From NCBI RefSeq assembly GCF_006345805.1, contig NC_042998.1:113398001-113462000 (forward strand): a stretch of DNA of 64,000 nucleotides. Direction: 5' to 3'. The translations under genes were made by a program, and so were the position numbers. Positions 36,591 through 50,000 of the stretch are shown here, one piece after another. Position 1 is the first letter of the stretch, and the number at the start of each line of letters is the position of its first letter. This DNA is from Octopus sinensis. Taxonomy: Eukaryota. The notes below the pieces were generated by a model, which saw nothing but the letters and a program-made list of their open reading frames with translations, was not told the origin of the DNA and did not search any database.

Positions 36591-37919
36591 GCTCTGATTA
36601 TTTAAGTATTCAGTCAAGTAATCTATTAAGAACATTAATCAGGTTTACTATTAAGTATACACCAACACTTGAGCAGAATTACAGCATAATACCATCTAAG
36701 CTAGCTGTATGGAGGTAGAGAAATTAAACACACATTTGCAATGAATATATATATGTGTGTGTGTATGTGTGTATGTACAAGAGTGAGAGAGATAGAATGA
36801 AGACAAGCATGTATGTATGAGAGTGAGAGAGATAGAATGAAGACAAAGCAGGCAGTCCAATTAATGAATTACTGGTGCGTTAACAGTGTTTTGTTTCAAT
36901 GCTATGCTATACTACAGAATATATCTATAGATTTTTTTTTTGTAGCACAGTCTATAAAAGCAGCCAGACTACTTTGTACTCTTATGGGTGAAATTTATAT
37001 CAAGACAGAATAGCTGTCCAGGATTAATCCAAATGTGTTAGTGTGTTGGAGAGTGGGTTAAAATAAGAAAAAGAACAGGTGAATGGTATAAGTTGTTTTT
37101 GAAAAGCTAATTTAGTTTAATTAATTATAAGCATTACTTACTTTAATACCAATTATAGATCATTTCATATCTTTAAATAGATGACTAAATTCATAAACCG
37201 GACAACTTTGGCTGCTATTCTTTTCAGCTGGTTCCTAATCAGCCTTATTGACAGATATTATTTGGCAGTTTAAGATATAAAATATATAAATATAATCCTA
37301 ATGAAAGTCATGTTTTTCCTTACATAAAATGTTTATATAAATATATCACTGCATCAGACACTACCAACTTTTAAATATATATTTGTTTTATAAATTCATT
37401 GGTTTATTTCAATTATTCAGTGAACTATTTAATTAATCTCAGGATAAGCCAACAAGCATATCTCTACACTGTCTCTTGACATGCTAGAACTAACAGCCAA
37501 ACTACCCCTCAAATCACACGTTCCTATCTTGAAGAAAAGAGAGAGAGAGGATCTTAAATGTAGTTTTAGATGCAGTCTTAAAAATAATAGACAACATGGT
37601 CACACTAGAATGCATTTGATCATTCTCCTGCTTGACCAGAGATGACATGTGGTCAAATAACAACAACTAATTTGACTAATTAAATAACGCTTTGTCTACT
37701 GTTTTTATAAAAGATACTATGGTTCAGCTAGAAGACATTTGATTATAGGTCTGCTCACCCATGGCTGACCTAGGGTTAAATAGGAACAGCTAATTTTACA
37801 ATGCAGCTCACCATTATTACAAAAGTCAGCAAGATCATGCTGGAATGTATATAATCATAAGTCACTTTGACCAGGATTGACCTGGAGCTAAACAACAAAC
37901 TTCCAAACCTACTTTGAAA

Positions 37920-38125
37920 ATATATTGCTTATTTATTCACATTGCTTTGAATTAAACATTCATTATCTTGTAGCTTTAAGATTTCAATGATGTGCTTATA
38001 TTTACTTTCAAAAGGACATTGTAAGGTAGGCGTGAGAGGCCAAATCTACTTGTATTATGTTTGAATATAAAACAGGAAGACTATTTGGATTGAATATGGC
38101 TGCTTTAAATGCTAAAGGATTAAAT
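37920..38125 (+). mobile_element. partial TTAA-type MITE
   Basis: Matches 46076-46300 and 47661-47872 internally; ends TTTAAATGCTAAAGGATTAA. Confidence 0.7.
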
Positions 38126-38283
38126 AGGAAAAGAAAATACTGCAGTCCTACATATCATCTAAAATGTTGGAACATAATTCACCTGAGGTTAAACAACATC
38201 CAAAATGAAGTAAATATGTCCCAACTGATATATTAAAAAACAAATGATACACAGGACATTTTCCCAGGTGTCCATGCATCATA

Positions 38284-39185
38284 TCATCATTTAACGTCCA
38301 CTTTCCATGCTGGCATGGGTTGGATGGTTTGACAGAGGGATGGCGAGCCAGAAGGCAGCACCAGGCTTCAATCTGATCTGGCAGAGTTTCTACAGGTGGA
38401 TGACCTTCCTAACGCCAACCACTCTGAGAGTGTAGTGGGTGCTTTTTACATGCCACTGGCACAAGGGCCAGTCAGGCAGTACTGGCATCGACCACACTCA
38501 AATGGTGTTTTTTACATGCCACAGGCACAGGAGCCAGTCAGGCAGCACTGGCAATGACCATGCTCGAATGGTGTTTTTTACATGCCACCAGCAGAGGAGC
38601 CAGTCAGGCGACACTGGCAATGATCACGCTCGAATAGTGCTTTTAACGTGCCAATCAGGCAGTACAGTCATCGGCCACGACAATGATTTCAGTTGGCTTA
38701 ACAGGTCTTCGCAAGTGCAGTTTATTACCCAATGATTGAAGGGTACTCTTAAATGGGCTGGTTATGCTGCACTGGCATAGGCCACGGTTATGGTCTCACT
38801 TGGCTTGCTGGGTCTTCTCAAGCACAGCATATCTCCAAAGGTCTCAGCCACTTGTCATTGCCTTGGTGAGGCCTAATGATCAAAGGTTGTGCTTTACCAC
38901 CTCATCCCAGGTCTTCCTGGGTCTACCTCTTCCACAGGTTCCCTCTACTGCTAGAGTGTGACACTTTTTTACACAGCTGTCCTCATCCACTCGCAACACA
39001 TGACCATACCAGCGCAGTCATCTCTCTTGCACACCACATCTGATGTCTCTTAAATTCAACTTTTCTCTCAGGGCGCTTACACTCTGTTGTGCATGCAAAC
39101 TGACACTACACATCCTGTGGAGCATACTGGCTTCATTCCTTGCAAGCTTATGTATGTCCTCAGCAGTCATGGCCCATGTTGGTAC
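38284..39185 (-). mobile_element. 5'-truncated RTE copy (ORF C-terminus, subrepeated UTR, tail)
   Basis: Reverse complement of GRGRPRKTWDEVVKH and QERRLRWYGH codons at 38880-39030; GGCAC subrepeats at 38440-38690; (CAT)n at 38284. Confidence 0.88.
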
Positions 39186-39899
39186 ACATTACCAATCTTT
39201 TTTCAATCATCAGAATACTTTGGGTCTTATGAAAGGAAAGTTTTGTATTACTCACAACATATGAAAGAAGGGCTAATTAAAAGTCGAAACAGGCATGGAT
39301 ATTTAAATATGTGGAAATGCTTTGACCAAGTAAAGGGTTAAATATCGCATTAAAAAATCAAAAGTACAGAAAATATTTCTGTATATTTTCTTGATTAAAG
39401 GGAAAAAAACCTTTTTAAAATTGGTTAGCTTGATTGCCTTCACAAACAAATGATTTATATCTATTCTGTATATTTCCAGAAAAAAAAAAAAAATGTTTGG
39501 TTGAACTTATCAGTTCAAAAATCTAACTCCTAATTTCTAGAATCATTTTAATACCCCATTAGCTATCCTTGCACAGCTCTTCTCTAGGTCAACTTTATTC
39601 AATAATGGTAGAAAGAACAAGTAGAGAAATCCACACTTATGTTATGATTGATTTTTTAAAAGAAAGTATTTAACCTTAATTTACAATAGCTTATTTTATA
39701 ATATAAATTATTGTATGACAGTGCTAAATATTTGGTGGCAAAATGTGATTACATGCATATATACACACACACACACATTTTAATGAAAAGGAAAATAAAA
39801 AACAAAAACATTATATAGAGTTCATATATTTATTTAAAGCTAGTTTCAAATTTCCTTTGTTTAACATGACCCATAATTATTATACAATGGGAACCTAAA

Positions 39900-40330
39900 A
39901 GTTAGTGGTAACAGACAGAAGCCTTAGCTGTGTGTGTATATTTAGGCTATTGACCAAACTATAGGATGTTGTTATACACCACTGGTCACAATGTGCTTCC
40001 AGTTCTTTCATGAGTGTACTCTTCTTTTCCATATTGGCCCAAATCATTTAACAAAATCATCTTTCCATTGTTCTGAGTGGCCTTTTCTCATCTCTTGGAT
40101 ACTACTTGGCATGTGACATGTTCACTCTGCTCTATTCTTGAATTACCTCATTTCAGACATACTCTTACACTAATATTCCAAACATGAATCTTTCCATGGC
40201 CCTTTGTGTCATAGCCAATCAATGTTCTTCCCTCTTTATAATAGCCCATGTATCATATGCACACAAACACACTGAAACATGCTCAAAGTAGCTTCCATGT
40301 ATACTAAAGATCAGGCTCACTTGCCACTGT
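39900..40330 (-). mobile_element. old RTE relic of a different subfamily
   Basis: Minus translation LAMTQRAMERFMFGI...NEVIQE resembles the RTE C-terminal TQRAMERxML..RNEEIR motif. Confidence 0.5.
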
Positions 40331-41339
40331 GCATCCTCAATCAATTTGAATTTCAGAAGGTTCTCCTTGTCTTTGACAAGAATTATCATTAACACTAATA
40401 ATTTTGCATTTTGTTAGGATTGTTGTTTTAACAGACAAAAATAATATTTGGGCCATTACAGTGAATATTGTAGTTCCACTTAACATTTTCTTTGTGTAGA
40501 AAGATGGCATCCCTGGAGAATTTTCCCATGTTATATACATAAATAGATGGACAACAGATGTTAAATGATGATCACACACACACATATTCACAAATGCATG
40601 AAAATATACATCTACACACATGCATGTACACATGTCACATGTGTGTCAATATCTATTTATCTATTGTACATTTTGAGTATTTATGTTTATTTCTGAAAAT
40701 ATGAACTTCTGAGTATATTTTTGTAATGTAATCTGTTATGGGTTTGAAATTAAGACACAAATCAATAATGTATAATGAATGCAAAATTTAACACATATGG
40801 AGGTGCAATTTTCTCAGCAATATTTCTACTCCTATTAACATGTGTAGTTGAGATATACCTAATTGTGGCAAGTGAAAGCAGATAGATCTGCCAACATTCA
40901 TATTGTGAAAGTAAATAAGTTAGCTCAGTGAACATCTGCTTGACAGTTGTGTTAGTGAAACAGATTATCAGACATTTAAGGAATCTAACATCCTCTATAG
41001 GGAGCATACACTACAGACTAGCTCTCTCTCTCTCTCCCCAGACCTGTCTGCAACCTAGTTTTAATTACCTGTGAACTACCTGGCTGCTGAAGTTAGCTAG
41101 CTAAATTACTTATGTTGCTAACAAAAGCTCTTGGTAATGGGATGAATATCACTTCATTTATTCTCTTTGTGGTCAAACATTCTGCTAGGAATGGTAGCCA
41201 AATCTCCTTCAAATCTCACTACCGTTTTAAAAAGGAGAAAATATTTCAATAAGAACATATTGGGAATATTTTTGATCACAGAAGAAAACAATTCTAACAA
41301 GAAAACAATTCTTATTTCAATTAAAAATTAAAAGTTTTT

Positions 41340-41560
41340 CATTTAATTCATCATCATCATTATTTAATGTCTGTTTCATGCTGGCATAGGTTGGATGGCT
41401 TGACTGGATCTGGTAAAACCAGAGGCTACACCAGGTTCCATTGTCTGGTTTGGCTTGGTTTCTACAGCTAGGTGCCCTTCCTAATGCCAACCACTTTACA
41501 GAGCGTACTGGGTGCTTTTTACATGGCACTAGCACCAGTGCTTTTTATGTGGTACTAGAG
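41340..41560 (-). mobile_element. RTE-family 3' tail fragment
   Basis: (CAT)n, CATGCTGGCATAGGTTGG, CCTTCCTAATGCCAACCACTTTACAG. Confidence 0.8.
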
Positions 41561-42837
41561 GATGTAACAGGAAACCACTAACATCATAGCAAGTTATATC
41601 CAGAAATATATCTGGCTTTAAAAGAAACATTACGCAGACAAATATGCATTTCATTCTGTGAAACTGGCATACATGATAGAAAGGATTTAAGTGTAAATTT
41701 TCACATACCTAAGCCACAATGAGGTTGTTTGATCTGTAACAAATAGCTGTCATATCTCACTTCAATGGAGTGGTCACAGCTGGAATGCTTTGATTATTGG
41801 TTTGGTCAATGAGGAGTACTCTGGGCTAATCAGTAACAACATTGCAGTAACTAAAATGTGATAGCACTTGTATTCTGTTACTGGTGTCATGTTTTGTCAA
41901 ATGGCCAAGACACTCCACTCTAGTTGGTTCAGACTATTATAACCCAAGAGTCATTACTTAGTTGTTTTACTTGCTTGAAATAGCAGCCAAATATCCCTCA
42001 AACCACATTATCATCATCGGTAATTGTAATTCTAAACTATATCTAATGTGAAAGAGAAGGTACTGACTGGAATGTCTTTGGTGACAGGTTTACTCAATCC
42101 CCAGTTGACCTGGGGTTAATAACAACAATCAAGTAATTATGAGTGAATAAGGGAGCCAAAATGTCATCACTTGATCTGCTAGAAATAGCAAACAAATTTC
42201 TCTCAAATCACACCAACTACCTTAAAAAAAACCATTGGATGATATAGTCCTACATAAATTGTGCACGGGGAAAGCAACATCAACGCTGTATAATTAACAG
42301 TGAGTCATTATCTTGCAGTTCTGACTTCAACTTCTGGACCTGAAGAAGAAACAGAAAGTGCTGACACTATATCATATTGTAAAACCCTGCTGGTTGATAA
42401 TGGTTTATGTATGATGATTCATGTGTTAGAGTCCATCCAATATTAAATTCATTATCAACAGCAACAACTCAGTGAATATCTTATGTGATGAGACATGATT
42501 TGGTTGCAACAATGTGGAAGGAGGGAGGAGGAGGAGAAAAATATTGGATTATTTATCCTTTCCTTCGTGATATTCATCTCAGTTTTGTATAATTAAGTTA
42601 TGGTTAAAAGAGAGCCTTTACATGGTCATTTGACCTGATAGAAATAGTTGCCAAATCACCCTCATATCAAACTGTTTTAACATAGAAAGAAAACCAGAAA
42701 AAAAAAATCACTCATCAGCCGGGATTATCACAGCTGTAGCACCTTTGTGGGCCTGCTTGATATGATCAAGACTACCTGGGATAAATAAGAACACACAAGG
42801 AGAATTTGGTCACTGACTGATTAGGAACATTTCAAGT

Positions 42838-42876
42838 GTGTGTGTGTGTGTGTGTGTGTGTGAGTGTGTGTGTGCA
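42838..42876 (+). repeat. (GT)n microsatellite
   Basis: direct reading. Confidence 0.9.
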
Positions 42877-42999
42877 CGTGCATGCACACAGATTGGCAAG
42901 ATTGATTCAGTAGTAAAATGTTCCTATGAAACTGTTGCAAGTCAACATATGCAGAAAAGACAATTGCTAGGAGGGAACGCTAGAAAATTTTAACATTTT

Positions 43000-43740
43000 G
43001 AGGAGAAAGGATGGATGGGGTGGATAGTGCTAGACCTGGGGAGAGGTTGTACACAACATAGGTGACAAGTCAAGATGAGTGAGGCTGAAAATAACTGAGT
43101 GTAGGTGGTACAACACAGTTGGCTCCAATAAGCAGAGAGAGGAGACAGTATCCTTGTAAGTCAGAGGCTAGAGGATCTGTGAGTGATTTTATGCAAATCA
43201 GTAACTGTTCCCTGGATGCACTGTAAGATGTCTGTGCATAGAAGCAGGACCATTCCAGAAGTAGGAAGTTTATTTGAACCTTGTAAAAGACCAGTCATTT
43301 TCTAAAGAGAAAATGCCCCCTTTGTTGTGGCAAGACACCTACTTCTGTGTTTGTCTCTTTGTCACACTAACTTTCATCCTCTGACACAAGTGTCTTGCTT
43401 GTCTCACAATTCCTTGTCTTGTGAATTACCTGGCTACCCAGCCACTGTTGATGCCATGTTCAAAGAATCCAGTCCACACTGTAATGTGGTTGGCATCTGA
43501 AAGGGCATCCAGCTGTAAAAATCTTGCCTAAACTAATTTTGCCTGTGCTAGTCCCATGTAAAAAAGCACTGAGTCTACTCTGTGGAGTGGTTGGTGTCAG
43601 GAAGGGCGTTCAGCCATAAAATCCTTGCCAAAACAGATACAGTAGCCTTGGGTTGATTTTCTACATGGCCGGGTCTTGTCAACTGTCCTATCCATGAATG
43701 CATGGAAGATGGACGTTTAACAATGATGATGATGATGATG
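43000..43740 (+). mobile_element. degenerate retroelement body plus RTE-type tail
   Basis: CAAGACACCTAC module, duplicated GTGGTTGG..AAGGGC..CAGC core and (GAT)n at 43723-43740. Confidence 0.65.
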
Positions 43741-44184
43741 AAAGGCTAGGTTATTGAATTACAATCTTAGCTATATTAGGGATGCTTGTTCACCAGAAGA
43801 GATTGTCAGTGATACTGAGGCTTAACGTTTATTGTCTTTGCAAGGGCTGTAGTTATGTGCTGCTCATGGGGCGAGATGCAAAGCTGTATTCTTGATAAGA
43901 GCAGTGTTTATGCTGTATTCAAATAAATAACAACTCTTCTAAATGAACTGAATTCTTTTATCACCAATAAAATTTCAAATACAGAGAGCAATGTATTAGT
44001 GCTGTTGTTTAAAAATCTGACATTATTGAAGGAAATGTGTTAATAAGTCATCATAATGAAATGGTTAAATATAACTATATTGGCTGGAATGCCTATCATC
44101 AAAAAACATTCCAGTTTTGATCAGCTTATTTTTTGTTTGATTTTCAAATACAGTGCATTTGGGGATTACATTATCCAATAATGT

Positions 44185-45035
44185 ATCATCATCATCATCA
44201 TCATCAAACATCCGTTTTCCATGCTGGCATGGATTGGACAGTTTGACTTGGATCTGGCCAGATTCCAATTGTCTCTTGTGGCATGTCTCTATGGCTGGAT
44301 GCCCTTCCTAACACCAACTACTTTACAGAGTGTACTGGGTGCTTTTTATGTGCTACTGGCATGAGTGCATTTACACAGCACCAGTATGAGTGCATTTTAT
44401 GTGGCACTGACACCTGTAAAGGGAAGCTCTATGTATAGTTGACAGCAATTTTACTTAGCTTGACATATCTCCTCTCAAGTACAGCAAATTGCCACAACTC
44501 CCGGTCCCTTGTCATTTCCTCTGTGAGGCCCAGCATCTGAAAATCCTTTCTCACCACTTCATTCTATATCTTCCTGGGTCTACCCCTTCCACAGGTACTC
44601 TCCACAATTAGAGCTTGGCACTTCTTTATGCAACTGTCCTTGACCATATGCATCACCTGACCAAACCAGCGCAGTCTTCTCTCTTGCACACAATATCTGA
44701 TGCTTTTTATACTCAGTCTTCCTCTTAAATCATTTACACGCTGTTGTGTGCGCACACTGACACTGCTCATCCAGCAGAGCATGCTAGCTTCATTTCTTTC
44801 AAGCCTTCACAAATACTCTGTAGTCAAAGCCCATGCTTCACTGCCATGTAACACAGCTATATATACACAGGTATCATACAATCTGCCTTTCACTCTGAGG
44901 CAGAGGCCCTTAGTTACCAACAAAGGTAGAAGCTCTCTGAACTTTGCCCAGCCTGTTCTTATTCTAGCAACTTCCTCCCCTACTGCTAACTTGGTTGCCT
45001 AGGAACAGAAGCTATCTACAACTTCTAATGATCCT
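44185..45035 (-). mobile_element. 5'-truncated RTE copy
   Basis: Minus ORF 44564-44782 (YCVQERRLRWFG...TCGRGRPRKI), upstream ELLPLLVTKGLCLRVKG codons and (CAT)n tail at 44185. Confidence 0.9.
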
Positions 45036-46075
45036 ACGCCCAAGCATTTGAGAGAGTCTATTTGCATATTTTTAGTGCTTATTGTACCCACACATAAAGG
45101 TTATTTTCTCAGTTAACCTTCCTGTGATACTGCTACACTTCTTATATGTCCAAAGCTTGCAAACAGTGATGTTTAAAGGAGATTTAGCTGCTTTTTGCAG
45201 CAGGCCAAGCAACCATATAGAAACTCCCTTGTCAGCTTGAAAACTCAATTGAATTATCTCATGTCATTCTGATTTGACAGACTTTAGTTCAGCCCCTTCC
45301 TTTACACTAGTTTTATTATTTTGAGGAGTGTTGTTTAGCCCCGGGCCAAATATACTGAAACAAATCTATGATCAAAGTGACCATCTGGTTTTTTTATGAG
45401 TATTTAAGACTACATTATCTGATGGGTTCCTGCTTTTAAGATGGCAGATTATGATTTAGCAGCTATTTCTGGCAGACGAGCAAGCATTTGGAATTTCCTT
45501 TTTTTGCTTGTTATAATTACAAGTAGGATGGATACTCAAAGTTAAAAAGTATGAGATTAAAAAAAAATTTCATGAAATAACTAATTAGTAACCAGAAACT
45601 GATGCCTTACATTTTATACATTATTATTCTCAATAATAATAACAATTAAGTATAAAATCAAAATGGATGGAAGAAGTTCACTTCACAGCCACGTGATTCC
45701 TGGTTTGATACCACTATGTAGTTCTTTGAGTAAGCATCTTTTACTATAATCACAGGTTGATCAACATCCTGGGGTTAAAACTTGGTAGACAGAAAACTAC
45801 ATGGAAGCCCATTGTAAATATCTATATTGTGTATAACACTGTAAATATCTTAAAAGATGTGTCATTAAGGGAATTTAACTGAAAGAGGTATGTAAGTTAA
45901 CCACTTGATAAAGAAGACTGATAAAATGTGCACCAAACTAATTACTACTGGAGCACATATAACTGATTAACCATTTTAATTCCAATGCACCCAAGACTGC
46001 ACCTAGCTCCATGATACAAGTTTCTTGTTTTCAAGTGATCTAAATTAAACTCTTTCATCAGAAATTTATGTATAT

Positions 46076-46300
46076 TTAATTCTTTAGCATTCAGATTACT
46101 CTATTAAATGTAATGCTTATTTATTCACATTGTTTTGAATTAATCATGCATTTTCTTGTAGCTTTGATATCATGATGTGATTGTTTATTTTTTAGAATGA
46201 CATGGTAGGTAGGTGTGAGAGGCCAGATATGACCAGTTTTAACTTAAAACAAGTAGAGTATTTGGGCTGGATATGGCCAGTTTAAATACCAAAGGGTTAA
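46076..46300 (+). mobile_element. TTAA-flanked MITE
   Basis: TTAA-TTCTTTAGCATTCA ... TAAATACCAAAGGG-TTAA. Confidence 0.8.
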
Positions 46301-46540
46301 GTTGAAAACACCAGCTTAATAACAACAAAGTTATTTTATTAAATTCTTCATTATTTTCAAAAGTAATAAGAACAAGAGCAGTGTATATTACAAAAAAAAA
46401 AAAAAAAAGGTAACTAAAGGGTTAAAACCCCTTTAACCTTTTTGATACCAATCTACCTGAGACTGGCCTTGGTTCTGGTATAAAATTTACATTTTAAAGT
46501 GATTCAAATTAAAACCTTTTAATCAAAATTACATGTTACT

Positions 46541-46873
46541 CTTTTACTTGTTTCAGTCATGTGACTGTGGCCATGCTGGAGCAACGCCTTTAGTCAAGCA
46601 AATCGACCCCAGGACTTATTATTTGTAAGCCTAGTACTTATTCTATTGGTCTCTTTTGCCGAACTGCTAAGTTACGGAGGATGTAAACAGACACACACAT
46701 TATATATATATATATATACATATATACGATGGGCTTCTTTCAGTTTCCGTCTATCAAATCCACGCACAAAGCTTTGGTCAGTCCAAGGCTATAGTAGAAG
46801 ACACTTGCCCAAGGTGCCACGCAGTGGGACTGAACCCGGAACCATGTAGTTGGTAAGCAAGCTACTCCTGCGC
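46541..46873 (-). mobile_element. SINE family B, near full length, internal (TA)n
   Basis: Minus head GCGCAGGAGT..CATGGTTCCGGGTTCAGTCCCACTGCGTGGCACCTTGGGCAAGTGTC; (AT)n at 46700-46725; 3' half ending GAAACAAGTAAAAG. Confidence 0.88.
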
Positions 46874-47660
46874 CTGTTAATTTATGTTCCAAATACCAAA
46901 TTAATAATGACAAAGTTATGTGACTAAATTCTTAGTTATTTTCAAAATTAACTGGGACAAAGCCAGTGCATTTCAATAGAAATGATATCTGGTTTAGTAA
47001 CAAACAATTCTGACTTCTAAACCAAAACAATGTTTGAAAGTATACCAACATTTCTCTTGCCATCAGAAATGGCTGCTGCTAATGAATGATGTTTGACTAA
47101 GGAGTGACTTCAGAGTTTAAAATGACTAATAGTTGAAGCATTATGGCATGAAAGTTACACCCAAAGAGCAGACATTCCATTGAGTGGAATTTCTTGATAG
47201 AAGCGGATTGCTTCACATAGCCACATAAATTCATGAGTTTTGTGCTAATCACAAGACTTAATTCTAAATGATTTAATGGTTTAATCACTCAGTTGATCAG
47301 TTTTACTGTACAATGCAGTGTTGGTATTTATGTGTGTATGGAATCTATATTGGTTTTGCGGATTCCACATGATATCCTATCACAGGGACAATATTTATAG
47401 TTTTAAATAATGGAGAAAAGCAGGTTTGCTCATAGCTTGAGTGTTGGACAAAGGAACTGATATCAAAATATTGAAGTAGATGATTGCAACTGTTGGAAAA
47501 GGAAATATATAGGATATTTAGTAACTAATTAAGTAGAGACTATCGATATATTATAAGTAAAAATAAGTTTTAAGCAATTCTGATTTTTTTAAACTTAAGA
47601 ATTCTGTCAATTATAAAGCATTGAAAATATATTAAAAACACATTAAAAATTATAAATCAT

Positions 47661-47872
47661 TTAACCGTTTAGCATTCAGATTATTGTCAAATATGATGCT
47701 TGTTTATTTACATTGTTTTGAATTAATCTTGTAACTTCAAAATTGTGATGATGTGATTATTTTTAGCATGACATTGTAGGGAAGGTGTGAGAGGCTGGAT
47801 CAGACTGGTTTGGGCATAAAACAGATAGCATATTAAGGCCTGATATGACTAATTTAAATGCTAAAGGGTTAA
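47661..47872 (+). mobile_element. TTAA-flanked MITE
   Basis: TTAA-CCGTTTAGCATTCA ... TAAATGCTAAAGGG-TTAA, with TIRs and TTAA duplication. Confidence 0.85.
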
Positions 47873-48034
47873 AAAACTGTATTATGAACATTTCCTTGAG
47901 TGTCTATGCCAGACGATTTGTCAAAACAGTTTGTAATTCCTTTTTACAAGTTCATATGTTTTAAGTTCAGCTGTGACATCTAATTGAGCATTTATTTCTA
48001 AGAAATGTAAGTTTGATGTAAGTCACTGTAGTCA

Positions 48035-48330
48035 TGGTGAATGATCTCTGCGTGTGTGGTGGTGGTGGGGGAGAGGAGAGTAAAGACCCTGCTTTGGTCA
48101 TGAATGACCATGGGATTGCCCCTAGAAAATTCCCCTCTGAGGCACAAGTCTAGGCAAGGTTGTTTGTGGAAGACCAGTCTCCCCTCTCCACACCAATGTT
48201 GTCCAAAGGAAAGGCAAAAGGCTGAGTGAACTGGAGTAGTGTAAAGAGCACAACACAAGCTTGATCTAGGAATCAAACTCACAACCTCACGATTGTAAGT
48301 CTGACAACCTAACCACTGATCCATGCACCT
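48035..48330 (-). mobile_element. tRNA-derived SINE, family C
   Basis: Minus head TGGATCAGTGGTTAGG (A box) ... GAGTTTGATTCC (B box); body unrelated to families A and B. Confidence 0.65.
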
Positions 48331-48331
48331 T

Positions 48332-48332
<1 letters not shown>

Positions 48333-48375
<43 letters not shown>
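48333..48375 (+). repeat. (GT)n microsatellite
   Basis: direct reading. Confidence 0.9.
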
Positions 48376-48376
<1 letters not shown>

Positions 48377-49254
48377 CACTATTCAATGCTAGGTAGATTC
48401 AGTCTATTTAGCAATGAATTTAGAAAACAACATCACTCTGATAGAGATACAACATAATATTACTGGCCAGATATAAACATGCTGTTACTCCAATATCTAT
48501 CTATCTATATATATATATACACATGGATGTTAAGGGATGATGATACACACACACACACAGAGTAGAAATAGAAAATCCTTGGTATAGTAATGTATGTTTG
48601 AAAAAAAAAATGAAGAATAATTTTGATAATTATTTTCCACTTTAATGATTAGATGTTTACAAATCATTAGATGTTTGTAGATGTCTCATCTTTGAAGTGG
48701 AATATGATTTATCAGAAAAGTCATTCTTATTAATTTTTTTGTATCTCAAGCCCTTCAGCCAATGAATAGGACATTATTCTGACTATAGCATTTAACTAAA
48801 TATCTTCACTGAGTAGATAAATGTCTTCACCCATAGCAACACTGTTGCCAGGGGAGATTGATTTATATACTGAATAGTAGTATCATTGAAGGTACAATCA
48901 TTCATGCATCAAAAGCTAATGTTTCCAAGTTATGAAAGGGATTCCTTTATCAACAAAAATGGGGTTTTTGACACATTATCCCCAATGCTTCAAATTCCAA
49001 GTTGTCATGGGATCTTGTTGCTTAGCAACAGGTTAGCCCAGATCAAGCAGGTTTTTTACAATTTAATGTTTTGAGAACTAATCTATTTATAATGATTAAC
49101 ACCTACTTTCTCACGAGAGGGAAATTATTTAAAAAACAAAAAACAATGTAGCATAGGTTGTGATGGAGATTTTGTGGCTATTTTTACCTCCCTCAAATCA
49201 CAACCTACTACCTTATATTACAATGATAATACACACACACATATATATATGTGT

Positions 49255-49419
49255 AAACGATGGGCTTCTTTCAGTTTCCCCTCTACCAAAACCACTCATA
49301 AGGCTTTGGTCAGCCTGAGGCTATAGTAGAAGACACTTGCCTAAAGTGCCATGCAGTGGGACTGAACCTGGAACCATGTGGTTGGGAAGCAAGCTTCTTA
49401 CCACACAGCCACACTTGTG
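49255..49419 (-). mobile_element. SINE family B 5' half
   Basis: GGGCTTCTTTCAGTTTCC..GCTATAGTAGAAGACACTTGCC..GGGACTGAACCTGGAACCATGTG. Confidence 0.85.
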
Positions 49420-49435
49420 TGTATGTATGTATGTA

Positions 49436-49506
<71 letters not shown>

Positions 49507-49525
49507 TCATGATAATATATATATA

Positions 49526-50000
49526 CAGCGGTTGGACAAAATAATGGAAACACCTAGAATCATACTTTTGAAATATCTATAAAACCATCAAAAGCTTGTT
49601 TATTTTTGTTTTTTGATTTATTATTAGTATTGCTTAATATGTTTAGCTAAAATTACTGTTTCTTTTCAGATATCAGAAAAAGGTAATTAAAATTCATTAA
49701 AATGACAGATCTATCGAACTTTCAAAGAGGTCAAATTGTCGGCATGAAGAACATTCTAGTGAAGTTGAACATCTTATCTGGCCACCATAGTCCCTAGATC
49801 TCAATATTATTGAACATTTTTGGTGCATTTTAGAAAAATAAGTAAGGAGTTGATATCCTCCACCATCAGACTGTTTTAGCTGAAGAATGGACAAAATTCT
49901 TTTGGAAACAATTCAAACTGTAATTACTGCCAAAGGCAGTCCTACCTCATATTACAATAAATTTGTTTGAAATTTTAAGGTTTCCATTATTTTGTCCCTG
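49526..50000 (+). mobile_element. internally deleted Tc1-like (DD34E-type) transposon
   Basis: TIRs CAG..GGACAAAATAATGGAAAC / GTTTCCATTATTTTGTCCCTG flanked by TA. Remnants MTDLSNFQRGQIVG and WPP*SLDLNIIEHFW. Confidence 0.85.

Larger units (their letters stand above)
45967..47000. mobile_element. nest of TTAA-flanked (piggyBac-like) MITEs with SINE insertion
   Basis: An outer element TTAACCATTT...AAAGGGTTAA (45967-46424) is interrupted at TTAA by the 46076-46300 MITE. A second outer-type copy from about 46437 is interrupted by the SINE at 46541-46873. Confidence 0.65.

Noticed and set aside
42336-42372. CTGAAGA..GAAAGTG-CTGA-CACTA hammerhead-like string
   Set aside because: Stem III is possible, but stems I and II do not pair.
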